From NCBI GenBank assembly GCA_963675595.2, contig CAXXLZ010000001.1, forward strand, positions 1,024,001 through 1,088,000: a DNA stretch of 64,000 bases, written 5' to 3'. Under the pieces are notes generated by a model. It was given only the letters and a program-made list of their open reading frames with translations. It searched no databases and was not told where the DNA came from. The translations under genes were made by a program, and so were the position numbers. The stretch is from Thermodesulfobacteriota bacterium (GTDB taxonomy: Bacteria > Desulfobacterota > Desulfarculia > JACQYL01). Shown piece by piece: positions 60,068 to 64,000 of this stretch (positions are counted from its first letter, which is position 1; each line of letters begins with the position of its first letter).

Positions 60068-62401
60068 TCAGAGGGATCCCTCGGATTCTTCCTCCTCGGA
60101 CCGATACCACCGGGTTCCCTCCGGCCCATCGATCAGTCGCACACCCCGTTCCATCAAGGCGTCCCGCAATCGATCCGCCTCCGTCCAATTCCGTTCCTTT
60201 CGCGCCGTTTCTCTGCGAGCCAGAAGCGCCTCCTCTTCTTCAGTGAGGAGGACCGACGGAAAATCCATAATCATCAGCACCGAATTAAAACTGCGGAGGA
60301 GTTCCAGCGCCTCGGCCATGCGTTCGGCCCGCAGTTCGTTTCGGGAAATCATGGGGTTGACTTTGCGGGCGAAGGTGAATACCGACGCCAAAGCCGCCGG
60401 AACGTTCAGGTCGTCGTCCATGGCTTGGTTGAAACGGCTTTTCAATTCGTAGAGCAACTGTGGAGTTTCTTTGGCTCCCGGGCCGGGCTTGGCGAAGGTC
60501 AGTCTTCGAACGAATTCATCCAGCCGCTGGAGTCCGTTTCTCGCCGACTGGAGCGCCTCGTGGGAATAATTGAGCGGTTTGTGGTGGTGCTGAGTGAGCA
60601 ACCAGTATCTGACCTCCCTGCCCGAATACCCCTGTTCCAGCAGGTCCCGAAGAGTCACCATGCCTTCCGCCGATCGAGACATTTTGCGTCCCTGCAGCAG
60701 CACCAGCTCGCAGTGGAGCCAATAATTGGCGAAACGCTTTCCGGTCAACGCCTCGACGATGGCGATTTCGTTTTCATGGTGGGGGAAGATCAGGTCGGTT
60801 CCGCTCGTGTGGATGTCGATGGTTTCGCCTAAATGTTTGGTCGACATGGCGGCGCACTGCAGATGCCAACCGGGTCTTACGTTGCCCCAGGGGGTCTTAT
60901 AGAATATGCCCCGTTTCAATTCCGCCAGAGTGGATCTCTTGAGCAGTGTGAAGTCCCGGGGATTGTCTTTTTCATATTCATCCAGGTCCACCGTCTTGCC
61001 CACGTGGATTTTGCTCAAGTCCACCCGGGACAAGTTGCCGTAATGTTCGAAACGTGAAATGTCGAAGTACACCGAACGAAACTTCTCGTAGGCGATTCCT
61101 TTATCGAGGAGTTTTTGCGTGAGTTGGAACATCTCCTCGATGCATTCGCTGGGAACGGGATAATGATCCGCCCGTTTGACATCCAACGTATCGATGTCCT
61201 TAAGGATTTCTCCAATGTATCCCTGGGTGTAATCCTTGATGTCCTTGCCCGCTTCGCTGGAACCGTCGATGGTCTTATCGTCGATGTCCGTGATGTTCAT
61301 GACGTGGGTGACCCGGAATCCGCGGTACTCGAGATGTCTTCTCAAGACGTCGGCGAACACGATCCTGCGACAGGTGCCCAGATTCATGAATCCGTGGGCC
61401 GTGGGACCGCAGGAGTACATGGTCACTTCGCCCTCTTTGAGCGGGATGAAGTCTTCCTTGTCACGGGTCAACGTGTTGAAAAAGCGTATGGGCGATCTCT
61501 TGCGATCCTGGAACAGCGTGGTGCTGAGGTAGCGCTCCCCGCTGTCGGGGAAAAGGACCACGATCAAGCCCTCGTCCAATTCCTGGGCCGTTCGGTAAGC
61601 CAGGGCCATGGAGGCGCCGGCGCTCATGCCGACCAGGAGTCCTTCCTCTCGTACCAGCCGCCTCGCCGTCTCGAAGGCTTCTTCGTCCTCGATGTTGACG
61701 ATGGCGTCCAGTCGAGTCTTGTTGAAGATTCCCGGCTTGTAGGACTCTTTCATGTTCTTGAGCCCCTGGATCTTGTGTCCCAAATAAGGTTCCACGCCGA
61801 GGATCCGGATGTCGGGGTTGTATTCCTTCAAGCGTCGACTCACACCCATGAGCGTGCCGGAGGTCCCCAAAGAGGCCACGAAGTGTGTGACGGCTCCTTG
61901 GGTTTGTTGCCATATCTCTTCGCCCGTTCCTTCGTAATGGGCCCGGATGTTGTCTTCGTTGTTGAACTGGTCCGGAACGAAGTACTTTTCGGGATATTCT
62001 CGCGCCAAGCGGTAGACTTCTTCGATGGCACCGTCGGTCGAAAGTCGGGCGGGCGTGAGGAGCAGTTCGGCCCCGTATGCTTTGAGGATTTTCTGGCGCT
62101 CGATACTCGCCGATTCGGACATGGCCAAAGTGATGGGGTAGCCTTTGACGGCCGCGACCATGGCCAAGCCGATGCCGGTGTTTCCGCTGGTGGCCTCAAG
62201 GATGGTCTTCCCCTGGATTTCACCGCGAGCTTCGGCGCCTTCGATCATGTAGAGCGCCACGCGATCCTTGACGGAGCCTCCGGGGTTGCAGGATTCGAGC
62301 TTGGCGTAGATGCGGACCTTGTTCTTGGGTCGGATTCTACGAATTTCGACCAGAGGGGTGTTACCGATCAGGTCGAGGATGGTGTTGTGTTTTTCTTTCA
62401 T
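60068..62401 (-). CDS. cysS: Cysteine synthase (PLP) - cysteinyl-tRNA synthetase fusion
   Basis: N-terminal GSVKDR, EATSGNTG, GTSGT, PDSGERYLS. C-terminal CGPT, NITDIDDK, GWHLQC, FPHHENE, KMSRS, DDLN, ADRLRD. One continuous ORF. Confidence 0.9.
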   Translation of the reverse strand: MKEKHNTILDLIGNTPLVEIRRIRPKNKVRIYAKLESCNPGGSVKDRVALYMIEGAEARGEIQGKTILEATSGNTGIGLAMVAAVKGYPITLAMSESASIERQKILKAYGAELLLTPARLSTDGAIEEVYRLAREYPEKYFVPDQFNNEDNIRAHYEGTGEEIWQQTQGAVTHFVASLGTSGTLMGVSRRLKEYNPDIRILGVEPYLGHKIQGLKNMKESYKPGIFNKTRLDAIVNIEDEEAFETARRLVREEGLLVGMSAGASMALAYRTAQELDEGLIVVLFPDSGERYLSTTLFQDRKRSPIRFFNTLTRDKEDFIPLKEGEVTMYSCGPTAHGFMNLGTCRRIVFADVLRRHLEYRGFRVTHVMNITDIDDKTIDGSSEAGKDIKDYTQGYIGEILKDIDTLDVKRADHYPVPSECIEEMFQLTQKLLDKGIAYEKFRSVYFDISRFEHYGNLSRVDLSKIHVGKTVDLDEYEKDNPRDFTLLKRSTLAELKRGIFYKTPWGNVRPGWHLQCAAMSTKHLGETIDIHTSGTDLIFPHHENEIAIVEALTGKRFANYWLHCELVLLQGRKMSRSAEGMVTLRDLLEQGYSGREVRYWLLTQHHHKPLNYSHEALQSARNGLQRLDEFVRRLTFAKPGPGAKETPQLLYELKSRFNQAMDDDLNVPAALASVFTFARKVNPMISRNELRAERMAEALELLRSFNSVLMIMDFPSVLLTEEEEALLARRETARKERNWTEADRLRDALMERGVRLIDGPEGTRWYRSEEEESEGSL

Positions 62402-62584
62402 GAGTTTGGTCGAGTCCGTCCGGTTTTCCTGAACACCGGGGCAGTGACAGGGCGAGTGGTTGGCCAAGAAACGGTCGAGATTGAATTACTAGATCGACCC
62501 GTGGAATTCAAACAAAAAGGAGGCGATCACGGCTCCTGTGGAGACAAGGTGTCGGCAAGCGGTGAGTAGTTCTCCCCTTTTTCC

Positions 62585-62613
62585 TTGACAGGGTACAAAA
62601 GCTATCATACAGT
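62585..62613 (+). promoter_or_regulatory. Candidate sigma70 promoter
   Basis: TTGACA-17 bp-TACAGT. Confidence 0.5.
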
Positions 62614-62663
62614 CACATTGTAGCTAAACCGGTTACTGAATAAAATGAGAGCAGATTGCCGCC

Positions 62664-62861
62664 ATGAAAGAAACAAGAGAGCCCAATTCCGCTCGGGATA
62701 TCTCGACGGTGGATAAGTCCGAAAGTCGGGCGAGAGTCCGTTTCGAGGTCTACGGCGAGGAAATGATCGACAAGGAAGTGAAACTGAGCGGAAACAGCGG
62801 CCGAGTCTACCTCCCGCCGGACTGGGTCGGCAAACATGTGAAGATCATCCGTATTGATTGA
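62664..62861 (+). CDS. DUF2080-family small protein (AbrB-like)
   Basis: KEVK.SGNSGRVYLP..WVGK.VKII. Confidence 0.78.
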   Translation: MKETREPNSARDISTVDKSESRARVRFEVYGEEMIDKEVKLSGNSGRVYLPPDWVGKHVKIIRID

Positions 62862-62887
62862 ACCCAAAAAGATTTGAAGGTCGGCCA

Positions 62888-63328
62888 ATGATCCCCGGAA
62901 TGGAAATCAGGGAACTGCGCTACGAAGATGTTGAGCAGGTGGTTCGAATTCATGAGATGCTCATCCGGAAACCGACCCCCGAAGTGGTGGCGGAACTGGT
63001 TCGGGAGAACTTGGAAAAAAAAAACGGAGTGGGTTTCGTCGCGGTTTCAGACGGAATGTTGCTCGGATTCATGATGGGCGAATTCAAGAGAGGCGCTTTC
63101 GGTCTGGAAGAGAGTTTTTGGATCGAGATGATGGGAGTTCACCACAAACACATGGGAGTCGGAGTCGGACGGGCTATTGGAGCCCGCCTGTTCGAATTCT
63201 GCAAAAGCAAGGGTGTATGCGACGTGTACACGGCAGTCCGATGGGATTCGGTGGATATTCTGTCCTTCTTCAAGATAATGGGGTTTGACCGGAGCAATTT
63301 CATCAATCTACGAAAAAAACTGATGTGA
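62888..63328 (+). CDS. GNAT-fold protein
   Basis: IREL...D, WIE..GV...MGVGVGR, FFK..GF. Start may be TTG 62858. Confidence 0.85.
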   Translation: MIPGMEIRELRYEDVEQVVRIHEMLIRKPTPEVVAELVRENLEKKNGVGFVAVSDGMLLGFMMGEFKRGAFGLEESFWIEMMGVHHKHMGVGVGRAIGARLFEFCKSKGVCDVYTAVRWDSVDILSFFKIMGFDRSNFINLRKKLM

Positions 63329-63688
63329 CTTGGCCGAAAGGTCTCCTTCCAACACACTCCGTCGTGCCTATTGAACTCACATTCCGCAAGGGCCGAAGCC
63401 TCTCACACGCCTTCCCCATCTGCCGCCGACGGGGGATGGTTTCCCGCACACCGAACGCCGCCGCCCCGCGGTACGCAAGGGGAGATGCCGGGGCTTGGAA
63501 CACCCTTGCCGAGTATGAGGTTATTCATTTCAAATAGTCTCGAATTAACGACTTCACAACCACGAGAACGAGGTTTCCTGCTGAAACGGAAAAGGCCTGA
63601 TTCCCATAGCCATGGTTGGAAATAGGGTTCTCCGGCTCAAAGCCGGTGAGAACGTCCACTTCGGAAGTCCGGTACGAAGGGTAGCAAA

Positions 63689-64000
63689 ATGAGGTATGCA
63701 GAGACAGGGTTCAATTTGGAGGTCGATCTATCCCGTGGAAGTATTGAAAGGGTGGAAACCGATCCGAAATTAACGGAGCTTCATCTTGGTGGGTTGGGCA
63801 CCAACGCGAAGATTTTGTGGGACAGAGTGCCGCCGGAAGTCGATCCTTTTTCTCCCGATAATCTTCTCATCTTCGGCACCGGTCTCCTGTGCGGGACACC
63901 CGCGGTCGGCTGCAATCGTACGATTCTTTCCACGATTTCGCCTCAGACCAGGTTGATGGCTTATTCGATGATGGGGGGGTTCTGGGCTCCGGAGTTGAAG
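63689..64000 (+). CDS. Aldehyde:ferredoxin oxidoreductase (W-dependent AOR family), 5' part
   Basis: Manual translation: MRYAETGFNLEVDLSRG...LGGLG...DPFSPDNLLIFGTGLL.GT...SPQT...S.MGG.W.PELK, open to the window end. Confidence 0.88.
   Translation, partial: MRYAETGFNLEVDLSRGSIERVETDPKLTELHLGGLGTNAKILWDRVPPEVDPFSPDNLLIFGTGLLCGTPAVGCNRTILSTISPQTRLMAYSMMGGFWAPELK

Noticed and set aside
63496-63509. Sigma54 promoter TGGAACACCCTTGC before AOR
   Set aside because: GG-to-GC spacing is 9 nt rather than the required 10.

Overview
Bacterial chromosomal window, probably from an anaerobic Desulfobacterota (former Deltaproteobacteria). This is inferred from gene content: frdCAB with a split fumarase, cydAB, a tungsten-type AOR and an XRE-HTH gene before pilM. 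Bases 1-8.6 kb are an accessory island. It has two diverged copies of a non-coding repeat derived from a REP-associated tyrosine transposase (RAYT/Y1), each followed directly by an AT-rich defence-type cargo gene. The cargoes are DUF4238 and an ApeA-like HEPN protein that reads as one intact ORF once an IS3 element is removed. An IS701-like element, an IS21 and an IS3 have inserted into the island. The rest is mostly core genome: sbcCD, a ~600-bp inverted-repeat element, a T2SS operon gspD-N without gspC, a YidD-like/TPR pair, a HepT remnant, an FG-GAP secreted protein, a Cys-rich leader with DUF2318 and an ABC transporter, purC and small enzymes. Then come a pilMNO operon whose pilP/pilQ slots hold two AMIN-AMIN-STN-PilP fusion lipoproteins with no secretin domain, lepB, pyrBC, cydAB, fumarase alpha/beta, frdCAB, a cysteine synthase-CysRS fusion, and DUF2080-GNAT-AOR. 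No rRNA, tRNA or CRISPR array was recognised. All family calls come from motif recognition by eye, not from database searches.
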